A DNA stretch of 64,000 bases, taken from positions 37,944,001 through 38,008,000 of the forward strand of contig OZ360245.1 in assembly GCA_977017645.1 (NCBI GenBank). The letters are read 5' to 3'. The DNA is from Torpedo marmorata. Its lineage: Eukaryota. Numbering within the stretch: the first letter of the stretch is position 1; every line of letters begins with the position of its first letter. Below the pieces are notes generated by a model. It was not told the DNA's origin. It was given only the letters and a program-made list of their open reading frames with translations, and made no database searches. Positions 48,341 to 60,425 of this stretch are shown here, piece after piece. A program made the translations under genes and the position numbers.

Positions 48341-49733
48341 AGGAACGTGCCGGAGACTGGTGTCCGGGTCTCCCAGCAACAACCCAAACTTTGTTACAAC
48401 GCCCCAATCACCAAGTAACAAATCTGTAAATTAAGCAAGCAAGTAAAAAAAACAGTAGAAAAAACCTTTGCTTCTGGCTGGGAAGATGCCAAACGGAGCT
48501 GGGTCCAAGTCTTCAGCATCGGCTGCAGCCGGAGTCGGCGACTCCATTCTCAACGTCGTACCTGGGTTGCTATTGGTGAATTCAAGGCAACTGCTTTCTT
48601 ATAAATAGAATCTCCTTGAAGTGATTTCCTCGGTATTCTTCTTACACTGATGTAACTAAGGCTGATATTGATAGTTTCAAGGTCCTGCTGCTCCTCACCA
48701 TCAATCCTCGGTTTGATATCTCTCCAACTGAGCCCACAATTCCTCCTCTGGTCCAATCACACATTTTACAACACCCACCCTGCAACACCCCATGACTCAA
48801 CCGATTTCTAGTGCTCCATCCTCTCACACTCCCCACTCCCCCAATCCCCTTGCAGATCTGATCCTCCGATCCTCCTTGCTGGTCCAATCTATACTCGCTT
48901 TCCCAACTCCAGCCACTCCCTCCCAACCCCATCTTCCCAACCACACCCCCCATCAAACTTTACCATCAATGCACATTCTAACTGATCTCCGCAAACAGGA
49001 CAATTTGAGAAAATGGTTTTACTGCACAAGGTGTGCAAATTCGATTCTACCATGCTTCACGGAATCCCACTGAGAAGGGGCCTCATACTAGTCTTGGAAG
49101 GAAAGAAATTGCAATCAGCTTTGAGAAATCAGTATGCAGTATCCCTCTATGTTTCCTTTAGGACAGAGCAATAAATTATACAACTATAAATGTTAAAGCT
49201 TGCCACTCCAATCAGTATAAAAACAAACCTTCTTTAAGCCTCATTTATCTTCAGAACGAGCAAACAAAACCCCTCTCTGCTCTCTGTGTACAGAGCCTCT
49301 CCAAATTAGGTCAGGATTTTGCTCCCTGCTTTATTGGAAAGATAGACATTTACAACACAGAAAGAGTTCATTCAGACCGGGATGTCGGGGATAAAGGCTT
49401 GATGTAACCATGCTGAGGATGCAGTCATTGGAGAGAGCTGGGAGTTTTATGAGTGGCCACCTATGTTTAAATCTTCTGTTTAATATTTGATCCAAACAGA
49501 TCCAAGCTGTGGCAGCAGCTAGTCCATAAGCGAGACTTGTTTTGGCAAAGGTAAAGGAGACATTCTCATTTGATTTGTTGCCATTTAATCCAAGACGCAT
49601 ACTGTCTTGAATGCTCCTTAAGTTAGGAGAACAAATTTTTAAAAATCAGTCAGCGTTTTGGCTTTGGTTGCTGCCCAGAAATCTCACTAAGGAAATGGAT
49701 ACAGTTGAGTATTGACCTGTATTTTTGGATAGC

Positions 49734-49939
49734 AAGCAAAATCCCTGTTATCCGGAATTCAAGCAACCGGCAATAAAAAAAATCACAGAAAATAAATGGG
49801 TAAAAAATACAAAAGTTTAAAATTGCCGTCCCTCGCCGTTAGTTTTCCATTAACGCAACATGAAGTCTCAAGCAACCGGAAAATTCAGTTATCCGGCATC
49901 TACCAATTCCTATAGGTGCTGATACCAGGGATTTTACTG
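49734..49939. mobile_element. Tigger-like MITE
   Basis: aaaatccctgttatcc ... gataccaggggattttactg + TA; internal caagcaaccgg direct repeat. Confidence 0.65.
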
Positions 49940-50025
49940 TAATATATATTCATAGTTATCCTCGTGCAAATAACAAGTGACCTTGCGATAGTTCAGACAG
50001 TCCTCTGTGGTATCGAGCAGTATAT

Positions 50026-50368
50026 TATGTTTTTTACACAGCCGCTGCGTTCCGGGAAATTATTCCCAATTTTCCGGAACGCAGTCTGTATAAAAAGATC
50101 GTAACAGGAATTCCCGTTCTGACATTTTACCTCCTCGACCCCTAGATATTTTTACGGATCGCCTGCAGTCTAAACTGAACTGCAGGCGATCCGCAGCAAC
50201 GGGCTAATGAATAGGACGTAAATACCTCTCTTCAGGTATTCTGTTTAAACTCGCGGTGTGATGCGGATATTTGGAGTTTAGTTCATTCCTGTGTGAACGG
50301 CCACTCCCGGAAGGTCGGTAGACACTTCAGAACGGAAAAAAAATCATAAGTTCTATGTAAAAAACATA
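50026..50368 (+). mobile_element. PIF/Harbinger-type MITE, family A copy 3
   Basis: TIRs tatgttttttaca / tgtaaaaaacata, TSD TAT, internal hairpin cggatcgcctgcagt...actgcaggcgatccg. Confidence 0.85.
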
Positions 50369-51524
50369 TATGATTAGTGTGCCAAGGGGAGGTTCAAGAG
50401 TCTGAAAGCTGTTGTAAAGAAACTGAAATTGAGACTGACAAATTGAGTTGAATTTGAGTCATGAAAGCCAGTTACGCCCTCAGTGACAATGGTCTTCGAT
50501 GTTGCCATAAGTTACGACCATCGGCACAGAAAAGATGGCAACTTAAAATTAAACAAATAACTTTAAACAATAGCTTGCATTCATAAATCATCATGGAACA
50601 TATCATGAAACATTAACAGGCAAACATTGAGAGAAATCCCATGAAAAACAAGGCAAATTAGTTAGTTGAAGAGGTATTTTTTTGATAAGAGTCTAAGGGG
50701 AGGATGAGGTGATGAATGACAGAGGGTGTGAGATGAATTCTTCAGCTTGGGGCCATAGCCAGCTGAAGCACTGTGGCCAATACTCAGACGCACAAGAATC
50801 CAAAATTGGAGAAGAGCATTTCAATATTGGCAGTGATTATTATCATGTCGGGAGGGAGTTAAAGAATAACATTGAAGCTTGTTGTTAGCTTTGTGCTTGC
50901 ACAGATTTGTCCTGTCAGTTAGACGTACAAAGAGTGTTAAAGCTGAAAATTGACTGTTTTATTGATCGTGGCTCAATTTCAAAATGGAGTTGTTTTTTAA
51001 CCACCGCTTTTTTTTATATCAATGAAGGCATTTATACCTAAATGAGATAACTAGTCGGTGCTTAATTGTGCACAGTTCTGTGATATTGATTCATGCCCTT
51101 GAGCACTGTATTGAAAATGCCCAAGATTTGACCGCCAGTTGCTACAGGAAATGCTCCTGCTTGGATTTGAATCCAGGTCCCAGAGGTGAAAAACTGATGC
51201 CTAAAACAACACCAGTCAGTTTCACATTGACTGCTGTTATTTTTCAAAAGAATAAAACATTTATTATCTGATTAAACATTTTATTTGCTCAGTGTGTGAG
51301 AATGATAGAATCACAGAATTCACAGTACAGGCGGACACTGTTTACGCCACCATTTCGGTCTGGGTAAAGGCTAGAAGTAACCATGCTGGTTTGGAGAAAG
51401 CTGGGTGCTTTGCAAGTTGCCTCTCATTTTCAAGACTTGGGTTTTTGTGCTGTGCTGGAATTTCCTCCGATGTTAATTCCGTGGTCACCGAAGAAAAGTC
51501 TGAGAAGTTATTAAAATACAAGAG

Positions 51525-51752
51525 AGTGCAGATGGTGGTATTGGGAGCAAGAAAAACCAGACTGCTGGTTAAACTCAGCAGGTTAGGCAGCAGTGGTGGA
51601 GGGGGATGGGGAAGGAGCTGTTGACGTTTCGGATCGAGACCCTGCATCCGGATGTGCATCTTTGTCCTGATGCAGGGTCCCGATCCAAAACGTTGACATT
51701 TGTCTTCCCCCATAGATGGTGCATGGCCCACTCAGCTTCCCCAGCGGTTTGT
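51525..51752. mobile_element. Inverted pLTR hairpin (Penelope)
   Basis: tgttgacgtttcggatcgagaccctgcatccgga mirrored by tcctgatgcagggtcccgatccaaaacgttgaca. Confidence 0.7.
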
Positions 51753-51784
51753 CCACTACTTCATTAATTTAAGGAGCATTAAGC

Positions 51785-52100
51785 CTGGATCGGCTGGGAC
51801 TTTTTTTTCCCTGGTGCGTGGGGGACCCAAAGGGTGACGTTTAGAGGTATAAAATAATCATGAGGGGCATAGATAGGTGAATGGTCACAGTCTTTCTCCC
51901 AAGGTAGGAGAGTCCAACACCAGAGGACATAGTTTTAAAGTGAGAGAGAAAAGAGCTAAAGGGTACTGAGGGGCAACCTTTTTACACAGAGAGTGGTGGC
52001 TATATGGAACGTTGTGCCAGAGGAAGCTATAGAGGTTGGTATAATCATGACATTTATACAGGTTCTTGAATTGGAAAGATTGAGAGGGATATGGGCAAAA
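51785..52100 (+). mobile_element. CR1 3' fragment
   Basis: gaggtataaaataatcatgaggggcatagatagg...agaggacatagttttaaagtgaga...tttacacagagagtggt. Confidence 0.75.
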
Positions 52101-52365
52101 CTCAGAATCAAAATTTATTATCATGAACATGTCACGAAATTTGTTATTTTGTGCAAGCATTTCTATAAACCACATTTCAAAATAAATAAAAAATAGTAAA
52201 AGAAAAAGACAAAGTGAAGTAGTGTCTGTGGTTTATTGTTCTTTCAGAAATCTGATGGCAGAGGGGAAGAAGCTGTCCTTGTGCCGCTGAGTGCTCGTCT
52301 TCAGGCTCCTGTACCTTTTTCCCCGATGGTAGCAGAGTGAAGAGGGCATGACCTTGTTCAGGTGG
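52101..52365 (-). mobile_element. Rex1/Babar 3' fragment
   Basis: Reverse-complement homologue of 30870-31130 (GHALFTLLPSGK). Confidence 0.85.
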
Positions 52366-53514
52366 ATAAATCACAAAAGTACAGGATCATAGCATCTGCA
52401 GATATTCTTGTTTCACTAGTTAAGGCGGATAACATGGTCAGCATAGGTGAGTTGGGCCAAAGGTCCTGCTGCCAGACTCTAAATCACTCTGACGTATACG
52501 ACAATGGCTGCTGCCATCCTCGCGCTAGTACTACATCTGGAAAGCAAGTCAGTGTTGCTCATGGGATCTCTCAATGGCAACCCAACCGCACAGGCCACAA
52601 TGAAGATGAGGGAAAAGTAGCAGAGAGTAAGGGCGGTGGTGGGGGGGGGATTAGGGAACAGAGTGGAGAAGTGCAGCATTGGAGTGGAGGAAAGATTTAA
52701 TGTTGCCCAGACCTCGTGCTGCAATTTGATGCCAGGCCCAATCAGGTCATTCCAAAGCAGTTTGCTCCTCTGCAGATGAAGAAAAATGCATTAAAAATCT
52801 GGACATTTATGTTTCCCAAGCTCCATTAAACAAGTGATATTTTGCTTTCCCTTGGGTTTGCAAGTTCTAATGACATGCAGACGATGAACATGGTGCAGAT
52901 TAATCTCTTGGATTGCACTGAGTGAATGCAAATCTTTTGCTCACACTGAATTTTTCTAAAGAAATAGGATTTTTTGGAAGTTTTGAATATTTGAGAAATA
53001 ATGCACCTCAAAGAGAATTTTAAAAAAAAATTAACTATGGGGAAATGCTAATATTTTATACTTCGTTTTCCTTTTCTTTTGCCTGATTCTTAAGAACTAA
53101 ATCTAATTCTTCCCCGTCAGTTTCCAAAGGCAATGATTAGATCTATGTGTCAGTATGTGTATTTGTAGAAAGAACACTATTACTGAACACTATGATATAG
53201 AAGGACAGAGGAGCTGAATATTATTTTTCTGATTCAATAACAGATAATAATAATTGTATTTTCATCGGTTAACCTCAGCCCTATTTATTTACCAAAGTGC
53301 AAGAGTCTGACTTCCCTTCTACATTTATCTCCGTCATATACTGAAATGGTGAAGCCGTGCATCAGGCCCCGTGACAGGGTGGATAGCAGAGTCTTAGTAA
53401 TGTTTCTCACAGTTTATGAAAAAAAAAATAGATTAGAAACATTGCATGAGATAACCTGGTGGTTCAGATGGTTAGTCTGCCAATATGCTGCTCCAATGAA
53501 GGATGGAATCCAGT

Positions 53515-54015
53515 TTGTTAAACACAATCTGCTGGAGGAACTCAGCGGGTGAAGCAGCATCAGTGGGAGAAAAAGAATGATCGACTTTCGAGCCAAAAAC
53601 TCTTTATTGACACTGGGGATATGTAGAAGAGAAGCCAGTGTAAAGAGGACAGGGTGGGAGGGATGGGACAGGTGCTGCATGTGGGAGTGGTGAACCAGGT
53701 CAAGGTGAAAGATGATGGACAGAGACAGTAGATTGGCAGATGCCGGACAAAGAGAGAGTGTGTGTGTGTGTGAGAGAGAGAGAAAGGGGCAAGAAAAACA
53801 AAGGGGTTAGATGGAGGAAGATTTGTTGTACAGGGTGGAATGGATGATTAGAAGACAAAGGCTACATTGGCTTCTCTTCAATGTATCCCCTGTCTCCATA
53901 AAGGGTTTCACTTCAAACATCAACCATTATTTTTCTCCCACTGATGCTGCTTGACCCACTGAGTTCCTCCAGCAGATTATGTTTAGCTTCAGATTCCAGC
54001 ATCGGCATTTTTCTG
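53515..54015. mobile_element. Inverted pLTR pair (Penelope)
   Basis: aatctgctggaggaactcagcgggtgaagcagcatcagtgggagaaaa mirrored by ttttctcccactgatgctgcttgacccactgagttcctccagcagatt; tail on the plus copy. Confidence 0.8.
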
Positions 54016-54399
54016 AGTGTGCATTTATAGAACTCTTGGCCATGAAAACAATTTCAGTCAATAGTTGTGTATTTACCTCTTACTGACCACTACTTTAGTT
54101 CCAGAGACTGAGAGCACAACATTGTGTGGTTCAGGTTGAGCTTCTGTACAATGGTCTCCAAACCATTCTCTGGGAGGTAACCAGACAGTGAGATCCTGGA
54201 AAATGAGGACCACTTACTCTATCTCGGGAGCCACCTCTCAGTGAAGGCAGATGTTGATGATTAAATTCACCAATGCTTTTCATTTGTTTGATAGAAAACA
54301 AGGATGTTTGCATGCGAAGAGGACAGGGCCTCTAGGACAGTAGTGTTTACTGCCTCCTATAAGCTTCTAAGACCTGGACTACCTGTAGCGGGTACTAGA

Positions 54400-54890
54400 A
54401 AAATACCACCAAGACTGGTGGTATTTGGCAAAATAATGCAGATCCAACATCTGCGTCCTCTTCTCGGCAAACATCCCAGCATTACACTCAGCTGAATACG
54501 CTTGCAGGCCGTGTTTCCTGCATGCCTGATGACAGACTCCAAAAATAAGCGTTCTATTCTGAATTCTATCATGGGAAAAGATTACCAGATGGACAGAGGA
54601 AAAGATTCAAGTCTGTTCTTAAAATTTCCTTGAGAGAAAAAAAAATTCCCCAGTCCCACCTGGAAATCCCTGGCCAACAACTGCTCAAAGTGCAGAAGGA
54701 GCATTCACGATGGCTTTTTGGGAACGTCAAGTTCACGTGCAGAGAGCAGACAGGGATGACGGGTGGATTGCACCACCTCACAAACTGAACCGCTCGACAG
54801 CGACTTCTGTCCCATTTGTGGAAGACTCTGCAATTCCCACTTTGGCCTCAGCAGTCGCCATAGAACCCACACAACAACCCTGGACCTGAT
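54400..54890 (+). mobile_element. RTE-clade LINE 3' fragment
   Basis: Degenerate AGRV..MPDDRL..FYSE..HGKRLPDGQRKRFK motif typical of the RTE ORF C-terminus. Confidence 0.7.
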
Positions 54891-56379
54891 CTTAAGGAAA
54901 TCAAGAGTTAGACAGAGTGGAGATCACAGATGTCCCAGCTGATGTGCACTTGTGTAGTTTCAATCATGAGTTGCTGATAGCAATCAGGAGTAGAAACAAT
55001 GGCTGGCATTAATGTTTCTTAACCAGTGGTACTGAAACTACATCTTGTCTGTTAGCCATCACCCCAACTGATCTGCCTTTTCAACACAAGCAGTGACTTT
55101 AGGTTGGGAACTTTATGGCTTGTTTACTCATTTCTATTAAACTGGATAACCTTTCCACTGGAGGGAATATTTAAAACATGTTCAGAGCACTAATGGATGG
55201 AGGACTGTTTACTACTTTTGTATCTAAGGATATTTTGAGATATTATCTAAAAGGCATTGTGTTCAGATTTCCCTGCAGGATTCAAGCATAAACTTAAGAT
55301 AAAAGGGTGGGAGGGTAGATGAGAAAAATAATTTTCACCTGGAACCTTTTGGGGGGTCTGGAATTCACTGCATGAAAGGTGATGGTGCAGAAACGCTATT
55401 TAACAAGCGTCTGGATTGACTTGAAGAGCGGGAACCTTCAGGGAGACATGCCTGTTGCTGGAGGATGGGATTTGATTGGGTAACTCTATCAACTAGCACA
55501 GACTTGATGGACTGAATGGCCCTCTGCGTTGTCAACTTGCTGTGATTCTAAGCAGAGGTTTACATTTGTCTTTAAATTACATGTCTGCTTGCTGTCCTTG
55601 GGCATTGTGTTTTCACAGTCAACCCAAAGATTGTTGAAATTCAAAAATAAGTCATTTTTAGATTTAGCAGCAAAGCTTTTGCTTGCTAAAGATTTTTTTT
55701 AAACTGACAAGTTACCTGTGAATGAGAAATGATGTCTCCAGTTTTGCTGACTGGGTTCAAGTTGGTTGACAAGAAAAAGAAGTCAGAATTATTGACTGCA
55801 TCTAAGTACAGCCATTGTAATGTTCATATTTTTTCAGTTCAACCAAGATGGCTTATATCAATCACTCCATCAACAAAGTGCAGCCAGATTTAAAGAGAGT
55901 GCTCTTGAATTTTTACTTTTAAAAAAAGCACAATTGACAGTGATGCCTAGATTAATATTTTCCGATTTTCTTCACGCTCAGCAAATGCACATTAATACTG
56001 CTTTGATATATTCAACATCGAAAATAAGCATGGAGAGGTAAAAATTGCTTCTGTTCACGTTCATTAGTCTGCTGAAACTTTCCCCGGGAGAAATAAGGCC
56101 TGTTGACTTTCTGGCGGAGGACATTGTGATATATGATTTTTATATCATTATTAAACAGTAATGCTAAAACTATCAGTTTTCAGAACTGGTGCATGGGAAA
56201 TGTGGTTGTGCCACAGCTGATATCAGGTGGTCACTGCTTCTCTCAAATTCCTCCTTCATTGATTTGAAATCATTAGTTTGCTGAGGACCAATATACTGGT
56301 TGTCCTTGTATTTTGGCTCAAGTAATGAAGGCTATTTAACCTGAACTATGTAACAGCTGAGCCCAGCTCTGTTCTCAGA

Positions 56380-56850
56380 CAAAAACACAACGCTGGAGAA
56401 ACTCAGCTGGTCAAACAGTGCACTTTATGTAGCAAAGATAAAGATACATCACCAACGTTTCAGTCTTGAGCCCTTCATCAAGGCATTGTAGCGCGTCGCT
56501 ACGGTTATAGCTCTGCGCGTCGAGTTGATCGTCGCTCTAGTTCTGGAGCTCAAGAGGAGATGCACATCCTCCGAGCGTCAAGACAGAACTGCCTATTCTG
56601 CCGTCGGCTCTGCCTTTTATAGGCGGGCCGAGCCTGGCTGCTGCGTCACTGATGGGAACAGGTCGACCGAATCACGTGCCTCCTGCGCGATCGCCGTGCT
56701 CGACCTGCGTCGGCCCGCGGAGTAGGTTGCGGTCCGCTACAGTATCTTTATCTTTGCTACATAAGTACACTGTTTGACCAGCTGAGTTTCTCCAGCGTTG
56801 TGTTTTTACCTCAACCACAGTATCTGCACTGCAGACTTTCGTGTTTTACT
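56380..56850. mobile_element. Young inverted pLTR pair (Penelope) interrupted by a solo LTR
   Basis: 56380-56446 is mirrored by 56742-56807; tail tcaaccacagtatctgca..gactttcgtgttttact on the plus copy. Confidence 0.85.
56487..56741 (-). mobile_element. 255-bp solo LTR (Gypsy-like)
   Basis: TG...CA with terminal IR tgtagcg/cgctaca, 4-bp TSD gcat/gtat, minus-strand TATA (cctataaaagg), CpG-rich. Confidence 0.75.
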
Positions 56851-57328
56851 TCTGTTGTCAGACATCTATGGTCGTGAACCATGAGGACATTACATCGACC
56901 TGCCATTACAACCTTCAGTACAGCTGCTGACCCAAGGCGTTGAGTGCTATGGTATGGTGGTAGCACTCTTTCTATGAAGAGATGCGGAGCAAGGGAAGGA
57001 TAGTACAGCATCAGGGCAGGGATCAAAAGGGAGTCAATGATTGGGGACCTGATTGGACTCCTTTGGAGCTGGGGTCTTGCTGAATCAATTTTCCATAGAG
57101 GCATGATTCAACCAGGAAATGCTTGCCAGCGATTTCCAGATGTGTAGCATTGAAACTGCTGTGCATGCAAATTGCGAGGCCATGGTATTCCTGCGATGAT
57201 TATTGTATGACAGCTCATGAAAAACAAAATGAATGCATATTTTTCCATACAATGGAATATTGTTGAGATGTGCCACAATTTCCTAATTAATGTCTGGGTG
57301 AAATGCATGGCTGTCTGACTGTGTATAT

Positions 57329-58188
57329 TGTTACAAATTCAAACCAGCAACGACAGAAGACGCAATGCAAAAGGGGTAAAATTGAAATTTATATTTATTA
57401 AAGACAATTAAACATATAATTTCAAGACAATTAACCCCACTATAAACGTCTATAAACACTATTCTTATCTAAAAGGTGTGTGTGTAAAGCCCAGACCATT
57501 ACAGTCTGTGCCCAACCCTCATGTAAAAATGGAAAAAACTTTCCCCAAAAACCCCAGGTCAGTCATAAAAACAAGTCAGTCATAAAAAATAATACAGTCC
57601 ACAAAAATTCACTCTCTATGTTCAGGATCCAAATTCAGCTCTGTGTGCTGGCAAGAAGGACTTCTTAATGAACGTTGGAGAGAGACAATGACTGTTTATG
57701 CTTACGAATACTTGGCTTGCTTTTCTTCTCTGATGACTTTCCTTTTTGGTAGAGATTCACGAGGATTGCGACTCCAAATCAGTATACCACTGATTGAGGC
57801 GTGCACTTGGATCTCATAGCTGGTCTCGCTGATCTCACGCCTGTTCTCCACAAAAGTTGCTTTAACTCAGGATTTTTCTGAGACAGGAGGCCATGTGCTA
57901 TTCTCCCAGCCTTTTTCCCTGGGATGCACAAGCCTGGATTTTGCTGTGTTCTCTAGCCTTTGCAACTCCAAAACTGCCTGCTTTTTGCAGAGGTCTGCAC
58001 CTGCTTTTGCAAAAGTGCAACAAAGTATCTTTTCCACAGCCTGTCTCTCTCTGGTCTCTCTCTCTCTGGGTACACCAAGTCCTGGGGAAGTTAACTCTTT
58101 CAGTACCTGGTCCCAGTGTGTACTCCAAAAGACTTCATCCTTCCTGCTGACCGTCCGCAGTCCAAATGGTCAGTCATGGTCCATAACA
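57329..58188 (-). mobile_element. 860-bp solo LTR
   Basis: tgtta...taaca termini, perfect 4-bp TSD ATAT, minus-strand AATAAA near the left end. Confidence 0.75.
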
Positions 58189-59009
58189 ATATGTACTGAA
58201 CCATAGAAGAAATATTTTGTGTTACATTACCATGCTCTTTACTTCTCTTTTGAAGGTAAGGTCCACCAAATAGTCTTACTTTGCTGAAGGATTGTAATAC
58301 ACTTCTACCTCAATCTCCTTAAAAGCAATGGGTGCTAGATCAATTAAGTTTTCCAGACTCACATAAATAGGTTTGTGTTAGGCAATGGCTTTCAGGAATC
58401 TTAAGAAAAGGCAGATGTATAGATTTGGAACAGGTTCAAGGGACTGAATGGTTTCTTAATATTCTAATGCCAGAAGGAGAAAATTCATGCAATGACATGA
58501 AAAAATGATGTTCAGCCTCATTTCCCTCGGTGGTTTTTTTGTACAAAATTGTTCATAAAAGAAAATGTTAAAATATTCCCAAGTCCTACGAACTGCAGCA
58601 TGCTCGTTGATTAATCCACTACTCTCATCCTGTCACTAACTCCTGTACATGACTCTTAGCTCCTTTTTACCATATGGAGTAACGCAAGACATTGATCAGC
58701 AGGAGTGCTCTGGAGAAAATGACAACACCTTGCACCCACGCAGTAGTTGAATGACATGCATCCAGCTCCCAGGAGCGTGCAGGAGCATGCTAGTCCTGAC
58801 CTTCCTGATGATGGCCTAAAAGCATCACATAGAGAATCCAAAGCAAGTCTTGTCTGTTGGAATAAGATTGACACCCAGCTGAACCATGCCTGCTCACTTA
58901 GCTGACGATGGCAAATTATTTCTGAATATTTTAGAAATGCTCAAGGTTGAAAATCATTGAAAATATTTTGTATGACCTGTGAAGTGAGATTACATCAATG
59001 AGGTTTATA

Positions 59010-59405
59010 TTCACTGAAGTTTATACAAACCTACAAAATTCGAAGAGGATTGGACAGATTAGATGCAGGAAGGATGTGCCCAATGGCAGAGGAGCCCGGG
59101 ACCAGAAGTGGCAGTCTAAGTATAAAAGGCTGAGCCATTTGAGACTGAGAAGAAGAGAAATTTCTTCTCCCATTGACTGGTGAACCTGTGAAATTCTCGA
59201 CAATAGAAAGCAGCTGAAGCCAAATCATCAAGTATATTCAAGAAGCTACTGAATATTTTTCTTCGGTCTCGGGGAAATCAAGAGTTATGGAGAGAAAGCT
59301 GGAAGAGGGGACTGAATTTGGGTGATCAGTCATGATCATGTTGAATAGCAGAGCAGGCTTACAGGGCTAAATGACGTATTCCTGATCCAATTTTCTATTT
59401 TGTAT
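59010..59405 (+). mobile_element. CR1 3' fragment
   Basis: ggattggacagattagatgcaggaaggatg...tttgagactgaga..agagaaatttcttctc; homologous to the minus copy at 5380-5750. Confidence 0.75.
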
Positions 59406-59602
59406 GAAAGGCTTTAATCCTTGAAATCATTCTCCTGCATTGGCATCAATCAGGAGGCATGGTCTGTGGGGACTTAGTGCAGGATCTTTGGGTGAATCCC
59501 CCTCAGGAAGTGTTGTGGAACCACTGCACCTTCCCTATCCCATACTGCACTCTGCGAGCTCCAGCAATGGAGTGCAGTGGGCTGGGAGCTATTCAGCAAA
59601 GT

Positions 59603-59876
59603 GGGCAGCACGGTTGGCGTAGCGGTTAGCACAACACAGTTACAGCGCCAGAGATCGGGACCGGGGTTCGAATCCCGCACTGTCTGTAAGGAGTTTGTAC
59701 GTTCTTCCCGTATCTGTGAGGGTTTTCCCCGGGGTCTCCGGATTCCTCCTACCTTTCAAAATGTACTGGGGGTGTAGGTTAATCGGGTGCTATTGGGCAT
59801 CACAGGCTTGTGGCCCTAAAGGGCCTGTTACCGTGCTGTATGTCTAAATTAAATTAAATTTAAATTAAATTTAAAA
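59603..59876 (+). mobile_element. V-SINE
   Basis: Homologue of 78-340. Confidence 0.88.
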
Positions 59877-60129
59877 AGCACATTGTCCATGTTCGCAAGC
59901 AGAGAAATGAGAAAGTGGCTTTCTGTTTCGCAGAATGAGGTTGTCAAAATAGCTGGGTTTTTTTATACGAGTAAGATATTCAATAAAGGGATTCACTGAA
60001 AATGAAAAAGGATCAAACTTATTAAGTCCCTATGATTTTTCTCCGAAGTTGCTTGTAGGTGTGTCTGGAGACTTCAGAAAGGTTGGCATCTCTGCATTAC
60101 TTGGGATACAGACAGAGTCATTGAGGTGC

Positions 60130-60425
60130 TGATGGAAACAGGCCCTTTGGCTGGCCCAGTCTGCACTGACCATCAATCACTCCGCTCCCACATTAATTCA
60201 GTTTTTAATTCTTCCCACATTCTTATCAACTCCGCTCACCCTCCCCGCACCAGACAGATTCTACCGCCCACCCATACACTGGGGACAGTTTACAGTGGCC
60301 GATTAACCAACCACCCTCATATCTTTGGGATGTGGGAGGAAAATCTGAACGAAACCCTGGAGTCACAGGGATAACATGCACGCACCACACAGAAAGCATT
60401 GGAAGTTAGGATTGAACCCAGGTCT
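60130..60425 (-). mobile_element. Older V-SINE
   Basis: ggaaacaggccctt...tctttgggatgtgggaggaaa...gattgaacccagg. Confidence 0.65.

Noticed and set aside
55838-56038. Possible exon FNQDGLYQ...ISME (ttttttcag| ... gag|gtaaaa)
   Set aside because: AT-rich, no recognisable protein, weak donor; more likely non-coding.
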